NCBI GenBank assembly: GCA_946965045.2
Contig: OX337242.1
Span: forward strand, 1,364,001-1,428,000
Direction: 5' to 3'
Source of the DNA: Epithemia pelagica
Lineage: Eukaryota > Protista > Bacillariophyta
Length of the DNA: 64,000 bases
Of the stretch, positions 1 through 11,498 are shown piece by piece; positions within the stretch are counted from its first letter, which is position 1, and each line of letters opens with the position of its first letter. The position numbers and the translations under genes are program-made. Under the pieces are notes generated by a model, which did not search any database, had not been told where the DNA came from, and was given only the letters and a program-made list of their open reading frames with translations.

Positions 1-423
1 CAAGACAAAAATGATACACACGGCAATCCAAGTGGCGGTAATTTCCGGCACCAAATACTCGGCTCCCAAGGGAGAATAGGCCCGAGCCAACAAAATGGCA
101 CAAATGACGAGAATCAAAAATTCATTGTCGCGATAAATCTCCCCCAAACGAACCCATAGCGATGGCTGTTCCGGTTCGTCCGATTTGTCATCGTCACTCC
201 CTGCCAAAGTCTCCATGGTACTCAAGGTGCATTGGTGATTCTTGTGAGGCGGAGCATCATGGTTGTTGGTTTCGCTGGCCGACACGGACGATTCGGCCTC
301 TTCCGTCGGAGGTAGCTCTGCTGCTTTGGTATCTGCCGGTGTGGAGGAGGACGTTGTTTGCTGCTGTTGGGACTCCTCCTCCTTCGCTGTAGTAGTCGTA
401 GTAGATTCCGTTGTGGGATCCAT
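1..423 (-). CDS. SBF-like / SLC10A7-type sodium:bile-acid symporter family protein, 5' part only (runs off the window edge); tandem paralog of 2487-4514
   Basis: Absent from the ORF track because it has no stop in the window. Manual translation from ATG 423: MDPTTEST...EPEQPSLWVRLGEIYRDNEFLILVICAILLARAYSPLGAEYLVPEITATWIAVCIIFVL. This aligns with SIWTRVGRIYTTNEFVILVLVSILLARAYPPLGARYLAPKITAGWIYVCIIFVL of the neighbour. Confidence 0.85.
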   Translation of the reverse strand, partial: MDPTTESTTTTTAKEEESQQQQTTSSSTPADTKAAELPPTEEAESSVSASETNNHDAPPHKNHQCTLSTMETLAGSDDDKSDEPEQPSLWVRLGEIYRDNEFLILVICAILLARAYSPLGAEYLVPEITATWIAVCIIFVL

Positions 424-1239
424 GGTTGTGATTGATATTATCAATGAATGATGATTATGACTTGTGGTTCAAAAGTAGGTAGAACAAACAGCGAGAATGC
501 AATGAATGTGTCAATTTTGTCAAGAATGAGGAGAGAGGGTTTGCGTCAACAATCGCCTCTCTCTACGGGTCAATCGTTCGCTTCGATGAATGAACGTGTC
601 TGTGGTGTCGAGAGTGTGAACCACGCCGCCATATGGTATCCTTCGCATTCGTGATGTGTGTAGTGGAGATTCCAATTCTCTTCAAATTGCTCAGGATGCG
701 CTGACCTGTTCGGTGCGTAGATAGAGCATCGCGTTGTTGTGGACCGCTTCGCACTTGCTTACACACAAACGTCGCGTGTCGCGTCAAGCCGAATTCTTTT
801 TGTAGGCGAGAAACAGTGACGCAGAGGCGGAGCATCTGCCCCGGTTCCCATTGTGACGTGGAGAGTGGAGAAAGAACCTTCTTTCTGTCCCGCTTCGTGT
901 CGTACTTGGGAATGATGAATCCCGAATGAGTCGCTCTTCCCCCATAACCCCCAAGTCCAGCCAGTTTTCTCGTTCCTGCATGGAAAAACCGGTGGGGAAA
1001 CAAGATGTAGGGGAGAGCAACAATGACCATGAAATACGGCATCCTGGAACGGCAAAACCAAAACTAGGACTGAAGAGACTGTTGTGGTTCCGCATTCTTT
1101 CCTACGAACCATGTCGTTGCTACCACCCATCCAAAGCAGCTTCCATAACATCCAACACCAAGGGCTACTACGAGCACTTTCTTTATGTCCTCCAAAGCCC
1201 TGAGTCCATGGTGGAGCTTTCACTTGTCGCAACAGCAAC

Positions 1240-1936
1240 AACAACCTCCAGCAATTGCAACATTTTGTATTCTATCGCAACGACATCCCGAGGCCCGGAT
1301 CGAACATGTCGTCGTCATGGAGAACATGACACCTTGGCAACAATTTGCCTGGTGGTCGAAACAATCCATTGTGTTGTTGTTGTCCCATGCCTCGACCAAT
1401 CTCTTGTGTTTCTTTCCGCAGCAGCAGCACAGCAACAACAACAACAAACTGCTGCTACCGGTGGATCATCCCGAATGGCTCCTTCTTCACCCGCCATGGT
1501 CGAAATTTTTCCTCCTCAGTATGACTGGTGGGGATTTTGGAAACTGGCCCAGTCCTGCCATGTCCGCTAGTACGCCTATTTTCCCATTGTCGTGAACCAC
1601 CCAAAGAACAACAACAAGAAGAACCAAAACACGACAAGAGACGACCTCGCCTGGCAAGTCTTGGCGGCGGATTATGGACAACATTGTCCCCATTTGGCGG
1701 TATCGGGGCAAACGATTGTTGAAACCCTCCATTCCTCAGGTCCTAGTTTTGTTGGATCGGGCCATTGCCGACGGGCACGCACAAGCACAAGGATCCAATG
1801 CTTCCTTCTACTGTCGTCATCCTCCTCCTACGTTCCTCACATTTTGTACATGGAAACCAGTTGTGAGAAAATTCAGCAGTTGGTCGTGGATTCCAACATC
1901 ACCAACAACAACATCCAGATTGAGAGGTCTCATTGA
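1240..1936 (+). pseudogene. Degenerate glycosyltransferase family 61 (DUF563)-like sequence
   Basis: One frame gives IEHVVVMENMTPWQQFAWWSKQSIVLLLSHASTN. A frameshift near 1398-1408 switches to LVFLS...AMVEIFPPQYDWWGFWKLAQSCHVR, then TAG (1568-1570), then in-frame YAYFP... This resembles the GT61 C-terminal pattern (E..t...Q......ivv.HG....N.lf.....vvEifP). No clean 5' part found. Confidence 0.45.
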
Positions 1937-2486
1937 GTACGCATGGCATTGGATGACGATCCGCACCGCCAATCTTGTTTGGTGGCCACTATCGTCGTCA
2001 TCCTCCCTACTAGCAATGGAACTAGGTCGCAGTGTCTCTCTAGAGGAAGACCTTGGACGAGGCGAAGAAGAAGGAGAGCGTTCCAGCATCTCTCCAAACA
2101 AAGACTCTTGTACGACAACTGCCTATATCATCCCATAAAGGGAGATGTCACTTCCGAGAAGAGATTCTATCAATGAGACCCTTGGGTTTGATCAGAAATC
2201 ATTATTTATTTACAGTTGTTCATCTACCTTCTTCTTTCTAAGATGGAGGTTTGTATTAGTATCGTGTTTCAGGACAAATCACACATGTTCTCTGATCCCT
2301 GGATATTGTATTTTGTGCGTTTCTTATTGGTGGTATCTTTTGCAACCCGTTTGCATCCATAGCCGTTTGTATGTTGTTTGGACAGTGAAGTACATGAGAG
2401 AAGAACAAAGAGTGGCCAAACCCGTGGAGGCCACAAGCGAGGAAAACGTGAGTGAGTGTGTATGTGTGTGTGTGCGTTGGAGTGTC

Positions 2487-4514
2487 TTAGCTTTGTGTGG
2501 TAGTAGCTTGTGTGGGATCCTCGTTCGATCCGCCTTCAAACTGGGATATTCGCGCCAATTCCGAACCCTTGGGTGTCATTTTGTTGTTGGTGGTGGTTGT
2601 CGTTGGAGCGTTTCCCAATTCAATCGTACTCTCCACCACTCCATCCGTGTCATCATGATTATTGGTGGTGTCGTCGTTGTTGTCGTTTTCGGGGGAGCCT
2701 TGTGGTGCAGATGGTCGATGTCGTTTTGGGCGGGCTCCTCCTCGTGTCCCGGGATCCGAAGTGGAGGTATCGGGTTCATCGTGTCGTCCCAATCGAATCT
2801 TTTCGGTATAGACATAGTCTTCCAAATGCGGTGCCAAAAAGGATCCCAATACCAATTGCATGGGATGCCAAATCAAGAGCGGCAAGGTATACAATCCCAA
2901 GGCTGGATCGTCTTCGTAAATGGCATTAATCACGGGGACACCCATGGACACGGTCTTGTGCGTACAGGCAAACAAGCCCATGACACGCATTTCGGGATGA
3001 TCGGGAAACAAGAGTCCCAAGGACAACCAGGCCAGCGCCATGAAAAGGATCAAAAACAAGAAGACAAAGGCAATCATGGCGAAAATGTCGACAATGGCCG
3101 AGTCTTTGCCATTTTCAAAGGTACGACAAAATACCGTATAGACAATAAAACACAAACTGTATTCTTGAAACTTTCGGAATTGTTTCTTGTGACTTCGTTG
3201 ATAGGCCATGAGTCGCGGCATGGTTTTGCGCATGGTTTGACCGACCATGACGGGCAAGACGACGCGGAGGGCCAATTTGAAAAACACGTGCGTCAAATCC
3301 ACGTCGCCCTTGACCCCCAAATAGCCCAAAATGAGGACGGGACTGACAAAGACACCAATCATATTGCCCGCTGCGGCATTGACGACCGCCAAGGATTCAT
3401 CGCCCCCCGAAGCCTTGGCCAAGACAATAATCATGTTAATCGTCATGGGCAAACAGGAACACACAATCATACCATCGGCCAAATCGCGCGACAAAATGCC
3501 CACGCGGACCAAACCGGAACAACCCACATAGACGGCGGCACTGACAAGGGCAAAATTAAAGACTTGAACGTACAAATTGAACCACAATTGTTGAAAGGCC
3601 TTGGCAAAGGCTTCGGTTTTCAATCCCAAACCGGACAAGACAAAAATGATACACACATAGATCCAACCGGCCGTAATTTTGGGTGCCAAATAGCGAGCTC
3701 CCAGGGGCGGATAGGCACGCGCCAAGAGGATGGAGACCAACACGAGAATCACAAATTCGTTGGTGGTATAAATCCGTCCCACCCGTGTCCAAATCGAAGG
3801 TGGAGGTTCTTGGTCGGTTTCAGACTCATCCACATCCAATGATTCCGATCCTCCTCCTCCTTCCGTGCCGCCGCCTTTGGTCAATAATCGAGACGATGAC
3901 GATGGACCACCACTGCCACTGAGGGGAAGCAAGGGTGTCATGGCTGCCTTTTCCGAAAGGACTTCTTCTTCGGGTAAGGGAACCAAACGAGGGGGTTGTG
4001 ATTTGACAGCCTTGCCCTTTTTCTCTGCGGCCAATGGAAGACGAATGCGAGCTGATTTTTCAGGTATGTTGCTGCTAGATGTGGATGAGCCTGTTGCAGT
4101 AGTGGAGGAGGTGGGTGGTGGTTTTTTGGTGGAACCTCCTTCGGAAGACACGGTTGTTGCTGTGGAGGAGGAGGGAGAAGAAGAATTAGCAGCAGGTTGT
4201 TTGGAAGTGCTTGATGACGACGACGATGATGATGATGATGATGGCAAAGGTTCCGGGTCGGGTGGTTTTGTTTGTACTGGAACATAGGAACTGGAGGGAC
4301 CTGGACGAGATGCCAGTGCGAGGGCGGCCAACATTTCCTCCGTGCTGGGCGCAATGGCATTCTTGTTGGATGATGCATGGTCCGACGACAAAGACTTTTT
4401 CTTGTCGTCCGAGTTGGCCTTTGTATTGTTGTTGCTGCTGGAAGATGACAGGAACATGCCGAATCCAAAGGGAATCGGTGGAGACGGATCCGAGTTGGTA
4501 CTTTCTTGCTCCAT
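2487..4514 (-). CDS. SLC10A7: Sodium/bile acid cotransporter 7-like (SBF-like family) with long Ser-rich N-terminus
   Basis: 675-aa ORF with about 10 hydrophobic segments; motifs IFVLSGLGLKT, CSCLPMTIN, GNMIGVFVSP, ACTHKTVSMGVPVI and LPLLIWHPMQLVLGS are typical of SBF-like/SLC10A7. Confidence 0.9.
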   Translation of the reverse strand: MEQESTNSDPSPPIPFGFGMFLSSSSSNNNTKANSDDKKKSLSSDHASSNKNAIAPSTEEMLAALALASRPGPSSSYVPVQTKPPDPEPLPSSSSSSSSSSSTSKQPAANSSSPSSSTATTVSSEGGSTKKPPPTSSTTATGSSTSSSNIPEKSARIRLPLAAEKKGKAVKSQPPRLVPLPEEEVLSEKAAMTPLLPLSGSGGPSSSSRLLTKGGGTEGGGGSESLDVDESETDQEPPPSIWTRVGRIYTTNEFVILVLVSILLARAYPPLGARYLAPKITAGWIYVCIIFVLSGLGLKTEAFAKAFQQLWFNLYVQVFNFALVSAAVYVGCSGLVRVGILSRDLADGMIVCSCLPMTINMIIVLAKASGGDESLAVVNAAAGNMIGVFVSPVLILGYLGVKGDVDLTHVFFKLALRVVLPVMVGQTMRKTMPRLMAYQRSHKKQFRKFQEYSLCFIVYTVFCRTFENGKDSAIVDIFAMIAFVFLFLILFMALAWLSLGLLFPDHPEMRVMGLFACTHKTVSMGVPVINAIYEDDPALGLYTLPLLIWHPMQLVLGSFLAPHLEDYVYTEKIRLGRHDEPDTSTSDPGTRGGARPKRHRPSAPQGSPENDNNDDTTNNHDDTDGVVESTIELGNAPTTTTTNNKMTPKGSELARISQFEGGSNEDPTQATTTQS

Positions 4515-5182
4515 GTTTTGGAATGATTGTCAAGTAGTATCTATTGATGATGATTCTCGATGGTAGTCTCTCGAGGTGTAGTCGTTGAACGTCAAATTCT
4601 CTCTCTTTCTTGTCTGCTCTGCCGATACGCCACAGACAGAGATCTCTGCCGCTGTCCCTGGGCTGTCCCTTGATTCTCGTTTGATGTTTGGAATCTGGAA
4701 TGTCGATCTCGGGTCTCCTGTCTCCTCGGCCATCATTTTGAAACCATGGGTGGATTCTTTGTTGACTTTGGGGGCTTCTGCGGGACCCACATACAAATCC
4801 CATCTGTTGATATCCTCTGAGTATTTACATTTTGACAACTTTAGTCAGTCCCGGACTACGGAGAGTGTCTCTTCCGAGATACTCGCTTTTGAATCGCTCG
4901 AAGGGAGCATCTGAATTTCATCATCTGCTATTGGTTCATTCCCTCTTCATGTCGCAGCTGACTTACGTCATATGTCACCGAGTGATGTATGACGGGTTCC
5001 ATCTTCCGCATCCGCAAAGACATTGCTATTTGCCATTACGGCAACTCAAGCCATCATTCATTTCAGCCATCAACCCATCTGGCGCTCTTGCCATTCTCTT
5101 GTGTACATCTTTTGGTGTTCTGTTTACCGTGGAAGCATCATCGTCGATTGACTCGTTTCTGCTGTTGCTCTTTCAATCAAGA

Positions 5183-6666
5183 ATGCGGGCTTTTTGCGCC
5201 ATTGTCACCTCCTACATTTCCCTCCTGAGTTTGGCCAATCCTGTGGCTGGCTTTGTGCCATCCTCCAACTCGATTCTTACTCGTCGTCGTTTGGGTTTGA
5301 CGAAAACATCACCATTCGAACAAAGTCTTTCTTCTCCATTCAGAGCCACCGAGGCTCGGCGGTTCACCCGACTGACCAGCACCGAGGACGCCCAAGAAGA
5401 AGAACCCTTGAATGAATTGTCGTGGCGCAAACGAGCCGCCCTCTTGTTGTCGCAAAAACGGTCGTTGGATTCCTTGGGTGATTCCTTCAATTATGTGTAC
5501 ACACCCTCGCAAGCACGAGCCTTGCAGATTTATACCTTTTCCCGCATTGCCATTCCCTCCATTTTGTCTGGCATGGTCGCCACCCTGGCCTTTCCGGCCT
5601 TGTCACTCGGCTTGTGTACTCTTCTCAATGATGCCGGGGTCTTTACGGTGCTGAGTACGGACAGCAGTCAGTTTGTGCAAAACTTTTTGACCGTCGCCGG
5701 ATTGCTCTTTAGTATTTTGGTGGGACAAACCTATTGTACGTGACCAAAGGGGGGATGGTCATTCTCGACCATGGAAGGCGACCTCTTTTCTTGTGTTGGA
5801 CTGACTCTAGCGTTTTGATTTTGACGTCGTGTGTGGTTTCTTAATTTGTTTTAGATTTCATGTACCAGCAACAAGAAAACTTGTACTACGCTCTCTTTAA
5901 CGAAGTCACCGAAGCCAAATCCTTGTTGGAACAAGTCGCCTTGGTCTGTCAAGGCCGATCCATGTATCGCAAATGTTTGGACAGTATTTCCAAATACGTG
6001 TCGACCGATTTGAAACGATTGCGTGCCGATCCCGCCGTCCTCTTGTCGGCTCGACCGTCGGAAGATCCCCTGGAATCCATCATGTACATGACGTCGGTGG
6101 GTGTCCCGAGCACCGTCTACGAAACTGTCAAGAGTTTGCGACAAGCCCGGGCCAGTCGCTTGGGTGCCCTCCAACGCAAAATTCCGCAAGCCCACATGTG
6201 GCTGTTATGGGTCTTGGCCTCGTTGGAATTGGTGAGTTTTCCCCTCTTGGGCGCCGGGACCCAAGTCATTGGGGGCTACAACATCTTGACGGTCGAGGGG
6301 GTCTTGTTTGGTGTCATGACGTGTGGCATTGTCTTGACCTTGCGCGTGGTGGGAGAATTGTGGCGACCCGCCGGTGGTGCCTACAATGTCGACTCTGTCT
6401 TGACTACCATGGTCTTGGGATTGGAAGAAGAATTGCTCGCGCGACAAATGGGCAAGGCCGTCTATGCCGCGGCGCAAAGCTCTCCCTCGGCCGCCCGCGA
6501 ACTCAAAGACAACAATGAAAATGACACGAACACGGACGAAACGACCCTCGCCAATGGAAGCAAGACGGTACTCAATCTTCCCATTCAACAACAAGGCGCC
6601 AATCCAATGGTAGTGGTCAAATGGATGTGGAGTTGGTTGAGAAAACGACGCAGTATTCGACAATGA
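5183..6666 (+). CDS. DUF4239 (bestrophin-like) membrane protein with plastid bipartite presequence; exons 5183-5735 and 5855-6666
   Basis: ATG 5183 MRAFCAIVTSYISLLSLANPVAG-FVPSS (signal peptide followed by Phe). Intron gtacgt(5736)..ttag(5854) joins GQTY-Y-FMYQQQE in frame. GLLFSILVGQTY / ALFNEVTEAKSLLEQ and the paired C-terminal TM hairpin resemble DUF4239. Confidence 0.7.
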
Positions 6667-6870
6667 TTGGCACAAACAATACGAGCGAATGGACCAATGA
6701 CACAAAAATGAAATCTGTGTCCACTGGAGCAAAAGGGGAGGGACGAATGATTTCACATTACGTTACCAAACGTTTGCTAGCTGAGGCGCCACATTACACG
6801 GCTCTTATTATTATTGTGGTAGTGGTGATGCTATCCACAGGTTACCAATGTGCGTAGTTGTGTTTTGTAG

Positions 6871-8568
6871 TTAACTGCCCATCATCACTTTATTACATAG
6901 CTCGGCCGGAATCTTTTTGTCTTTCATAAATTCCCGCATGTACAAGATACCTTCGGATCCCAACTCGGTGGCATCCCTTCCATTGATTTGTCTACTGGAG
7001 AGTCGATCTGGTGGCAAGTGTTTTCTCAACAATTGCTGGCTTCGATCGTCTCCACGGTCCATCATGGACAAGAGATCCATCACGGCATCCAAATCATTCA
7101 TTTTCATGTACGGACAGGTCGCACAACCGCCTGCTGTGCTACAGCCTTCACCTCCGGACACGCCCGGTACGAGCTGGAGGCCATCCTCCGAGTCGTCGTT
7201 TGTGGCCGTGACAGCCTCGGAGGAAACTGGAAATAGAATCTCCACTTGCAATTGTGGATTTTCCGTTGCGTGCAAAATTTGTTGCACCGACTTGACAATG
7301 GATGTGACCATTCCCGATTCGGTACCCAGAATGAATCGCAAGGGAGGCACGTCTCCCTCCTCCATTGCCGCTTGCCGTACTTTTCGTTCAATAAAGTGGA
7401 GAATATTCGCCGTTGATCCAACCACGCCGTCATCGGTTAATGATTTGACCATGGCCACTTCAAACATTTCACCCGGTACTTCCAAATGAGCCGTCACGTA
7501 ACAGTCGCCATATCGACTTTGTACCGTGTCCACCACCGCTTGTCCAAACATGTGATGAACGACGCAGTTTCCCGATGGAAAGACGGACAAATTCTTTCGT
7601 AATTGTTCCAGAGTGGCTCGACTGTGTTGTGGATGCAATTCATTGGATATTTTGTCATCGTTCCAGCGTTCCGACACGACTTGTAAAAATCTCTGTAGAT
7701 TGTGGCCCATATAGGTATCAGGACCATATAGCACTTTGAGGTCAGGCCCTATTTGTGCGGATGCCTGCAACATGGTTTGCAATACATTGCTGCTTGTACA
7801 GGTGATTGTTGGAACCAAACTGCTTCCAACAGCTTTGGTCTCCAGTGATGTGTTAATGTAAATGACATGCAAGGCTTTCTGTCCCATGCCTTCTTTTTGC
7901 AGCCATGCCTGATACACGTCACTTTCTGCGGATTCAGCCAAGGAACATCCAATCTTTCGAGCATCGGCACGATAGAGCGGAATGTCGCCATGACCATTTT
8001 TGGTAAGAATGGCCTTGACGGATTCCGCCATAAAGTCAACCCCCAAGCATATAATTTGCTTGGCACCATTGTTCGCCATTTCCACTGCCATATCGCCCAT
8101 TTTGAGGGAATCTGCTATGCCAATATGTTTGTAATTCTTGGCGACGGCGGTCAATACGCCTTGCAACTCGACATCCATATAGTAGTGGGCCACAATTCCT
8201 GTTTCTGTTTTTCGAAGCAGCGAGGACAAGTCCTCAACATTCGTTGGATCCGGATCCAAGTACAAAGCTGTAGCCTCTGCAAAGGATCCAGAGGCTTGTA
8301 TCGAATCTCGCGTAATAAAGAGGGAAGGAAACTCGGTGGACGAGTCCGCATAAGCCGTCGCGGTGGACATGGGTCGACCGGCGAAACGTGAAAACGACGG
8401 TCGTGATGCAGTATTTTCAAACGATCTCATCCTATACACAAGGGTATCTTTTCTCAGCTCCGCTCGATCGTGGCCCGATATCCAACTCGCAGTCGACAAG
8501 CGCGTCGAAAAGGTGCGTTTCAGGGCATGCTTGTTGGCACATCGTGTCAGTGAATGCCACAAGTGCAT
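6871..8568 (-). CDS. nadA: Quinolinate synthase NadA (4Fe-4S), organelle-targeted
   Basis: Motifs VAHYYMDVELQ, IADSLKM, CLGVDFMAES, YINTSLETKA, TCTSSN, GNCVVH, AHLEVP, GTESGM and CATCPYMKMN, including the three Fe-S cysteines. First ATG at 8568; the track start 8640 is a non-ATG codon. Confidence 0.93.
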   Translation of the reverse strand: MHLWHSLTRCANKHALKRTFSTRLSTASWISGHDRAELRKDTLVYRMRSFENTASRPSFSRFAGRPMSTATAYADSSTEFPSLFITRDSIQASGSFAEATALYLDPDPTNVEDLSSLLRKTETGIVAHYYMDVELQGVLTAVAKNYKHIGIADSLKMGDMAVEMANNGAKQIICLGVDFMAESVKAILTKNGHGDIPLYRADARKIGCSLAESAESDVYQAWLQKEGMGQKALHVIYINTSLETKAVGSSLVPTITCTSSNVLQTMLQASAQIGPDLKVLYGPDTYMGHNLQRFLQVVSERWNDDKISNELHPQHSRATLEQLRKNLSVFPSGNCVVHHMFGQAVVDTVQSRYGDCYVTAHLEVPGEMFEVAMVKSLTDDGVVGSTANILHFIERKVRQAAMEEGDVPPLRFILGTESGMVTSIVKSVQQILHATENPQLQVEILFPVSSEAVTATNDDSEDGLQLVPGVSGGEGCSTAGGCATCPYMKMNDLDAVMDLLSMMDRGDDRSQQLLRKHLPPDRLSSRQINGRDATELGSEGILYMREFMKDKKIPAELCNKVMMGS

Positions 8569-9304
8569 TTTCCGTCTTGACTCCAAGCGAATCTGGCAGC
8601 CGACTCGCTTCCTGACAACGAATTCAATCACAGCACTCAATTTTGTGGGTATGTCCAGTCCTCCGGATGGTTATCTACCAAGAACAACTTTGAAGCTCGA
8701 TGCCGATCAAGGAACCGACTCGCTAGCCATTGGATCTGTCATGGTGGGAGGAGGAAGAGCGAAGCTTCCCAAGTACGTGTCATGATCGCCGTTCGGTCGT
8801 CTTTGAAAGAACGTGCGCGAAACGCGCGAATGGGGATCGGACGGTTTAGTCAAGTGTGTACACTACTGGTCGACATGCCCTGCCAATCCGCGATTGTGAG
8901 TCAGGCAACCGAAAGAGAACTTCAGCGGTCCTGTCAGCCCTGTCGGACACACGTTTGACGACAACGAACTGACGAGGTCTTTGGGGTTTGGGACTGATAG
9001 CTCGAAGGGAATTATGGATCTTACTGTACATAGTACATAATTAGCTTGTGTAAATTAAATAATTAAAATGCTCGTGCGAGCATTGGATGTATTATTTCTA
9101 TTATGCCCATTTGGCAAGAAGATATTTGATTACTGGTAGGGAATATATGGGCCTATGTGAAAATATCAATCTGGTTTCTGACTGGATCGGTCTAAATTGT
9201 GTAGAGGATTTTGTGTTTCACCGAAAATGGTTTCATTTTTACCGCTCAGGTCTCAGTGATCACATTCTCATCATACAAATCAAAGCAAGCCATACTTTGA
9301 ATTC

Positions 9305-10054
9305 ATGTCATATGGAAACATGTCCGCTTCACCATCAACCTACCGGACAGCTCTGGCTTTGAACAATATGGCGGTGACTCTGATGAAGAAACACTGCTTC
9401 GAGCTAGCTTTGAAAACGATAAACGACAGCATACTTCTAATGAAGTCCGCCTTTCATTCCGAAGCAATGGGGACCCACCCGAACGATACATTTGCTGCGG
9501 CATATAGACGATGCAGCCATGCATTGACCATGCCCGATCGTGGCTACATGTCCGGTGACGTGGAAGTTCATGTTCTGGACGATGAAGATTACGAAACCCT
9601 GCGATCCTCGGTGAATTACGGTCCAACCTCGTCCATTGCCTTTGTGGTCCGAATATCGGAAACCTTGACCTGTCAGAGCACGGGAGACTCTCTGGATATT
9701 GCTCAACAGCTCGGTATTCTGGTCTACAATCATGGTGTGGCTAGCCTGCTGCTTTCTCGACACCGATCAGAAGGGAAAAGCGGAAAGTACCTGCAAAAGT
9801 CCTCCAAGTCGCTTCGAATGGCCGACTGCACCTTCTCTTCCATCCTAAAGAACCAAGAACAAGACCAACAATGCCCCGCTATTGTCCTGTTGTTGGCACT
9901 GACGCTCAACTGTCTGACAATCGTGTTGGCCAGACAACAACTCCCGTTCCAGGCCAAGGAGGCTCAGCATGCCGTTTCCGTTCTATGCTCCAGCGTGGAA
10001 GACAGTTGCTTCACGAGCACTGTAATGGTACAAAAAAGTGCACCTGCCGCGTAA
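9305..10054 (+). CDS. Hypothetical protein (helical; ALNNMAVTL...LVYNHGVA pattern of a diatom-expanded family)
   Basis: Clean 249-aa ORF from ATG with normal composition; TPR-like helical motifs; no function assignable. Confidence 0.7.
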   Translation: MSYGNMSASPSTYRTALALNNMAVTLMKKHCFELALKTINDSILLMKSAFHSEAMGTHPNDTFAAAYRRCSHALTMPDRGYMSGDVEVHVLDDEDYETLRSSVNYGPTSSIAFVVRISETLTCQSTGDSLDIAQQLGILVYNHGVASLLLSRHRSEGKSGKYLQKSSKSLRMADCTFSSILKNQEQDQQCPAIVLLLALTLNCLTIVLARQQLPFQAKEAQHAVSVLCSSVEDSCFTSTVMVQKSAPAA

Positions 10055-10980
10055 AAGGCCAACCATGGCCTTACGGGGGAGCCGCCACACGACAGTGTGT
10101 TGTCGGACGTTACAGACTAAAAGATCAAGATAGACATAGATAAGCTTATAGATTAAATAACTTGGGGAATAAAAAATCAAAGAATGTGTGTTCGTCTACT
10201 TCGTTGTTGAGTTTGAATCACTTGGTGGCCACGAACTATGTCCATTTGAAACATTATGGAGCATCCGGTGAGAACGAGGTGGACAACTATTCTTTGTAGA
10301 TTCAAAACTATTCTACGCACTACCCGGTAAAAGCATATATCTCCTCTCATCATTTAATCGCGTTTGAATCGCGCAATATCGACCTCAAACAGTTAGGCTT
10401 GCGCCTGACCATCATAATATTAGGAGTATGTTGTAACTTTGAGGATGAGGACACTGAAGTTCAGCTGTGAACCATTATTTCTCATTTCCCCGTCGCCTGA
10501 TATAACGATGCATCAACTTTCTCATCTACTCTGAGCAAAAAACAAACGCCATGATACTTCTCTTGTATTCTCTAGGGATTAGGCATACTAAATGGGCCCA
10601 ATTGGACCTGGTCAGGAATCACGCGTTGGTCCTCCAATGAGCGAATTCAGACCCTTTGTGATGTCAGTGTGCATCATCACTTCTTTATGATGATGTCGCT
10701 CAACGCATTCCAGGTTCCCTAGAGTGTCGCATAGAAAGCGTGTGATCGTTCCCACACCCTGTTCTCTGATAGCCTCTGTTCCCCGAATTTCAACGACTAG
10801 ACAATCAGAAATCCGACAAGAAAATTTCTACGAGAACCACAGTATGTTGTTGGAGAAAGAACAATGGGTTCCTGTGGATTCTTGTTGTTGTTGTTGTTGT
10901 TGTGATGTCCCAGCGATGAACCAAGACATGGTTTACTCTCCGTCAGGAATGGAATTTGGTGGAATTGCTGTTGGTCTATT

Positions 10981-11454
10981 TCATCCCTCTTCCGCACGGG
11001 CCGCAACCCGCTTGACACGTCTTGGTGATCGGGTCGGCGAAGAGGGTCGTAGCTTGTTTCTGGAACCTCCTGGCGACTTGGGTGATTTGGGGGCATTCGA
11101 GGACGAGGATGGCGCAATCATTTGGAAATCAAATTGTGCCATGCGTGCGGCAATTAACCGACTGGGTTTGGAACATTGCATGGACCGTTGACAAATCAAT
11201 TGTGCGGCATCCTCGTCATTGTAAAATCGCATGGCATTGTTCTTGAGCGATGACGACGACGAGGGCAAAGACTGAGTTTTGGCATGCAAAATCTGTTCCT
11301 GAGTCCGCAACACCGCCTCGCGATGTCGATCCTTGTATTTGATCACGGTGCTTTGTGCCACGACCGATTCCAAGCCGCGTGCTTTGGAATACTTGGAAAC
11401 GACCGAGGGACGCAACTGAATGGACTCGACCGATTCCAAAAAGGATGGACTCGT

Positions 11455-11498
<44 letters not shown>

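Noticed and set aside
2145-3842. 565-aa plus-strand ORF
   Set aside because: Antisense shadow of the SLC10A7 gene; no motifs, and the composition mirrors the opposite-strand codons.
4832-5182. Upstream extension of the 303-aa ORF
   Set aside because: ATG 5183 gives a canonical bipartite presequence; the extension is probably promoter or UTR.
8812-8830. Recurrent CGCG boxes in intergenic regions as a regulatory motif
   Set aside because: They also occur between convergent 3' ends (10356-10377); enrichment cannot be shown without counting.
10058-10075. Hairpin aaggcca-acca-tggcctt just after a stop codon
   Set aside because: Only a 7-bp stem with no U-tract, in a eukaryotic context; not supportable as a terminator.
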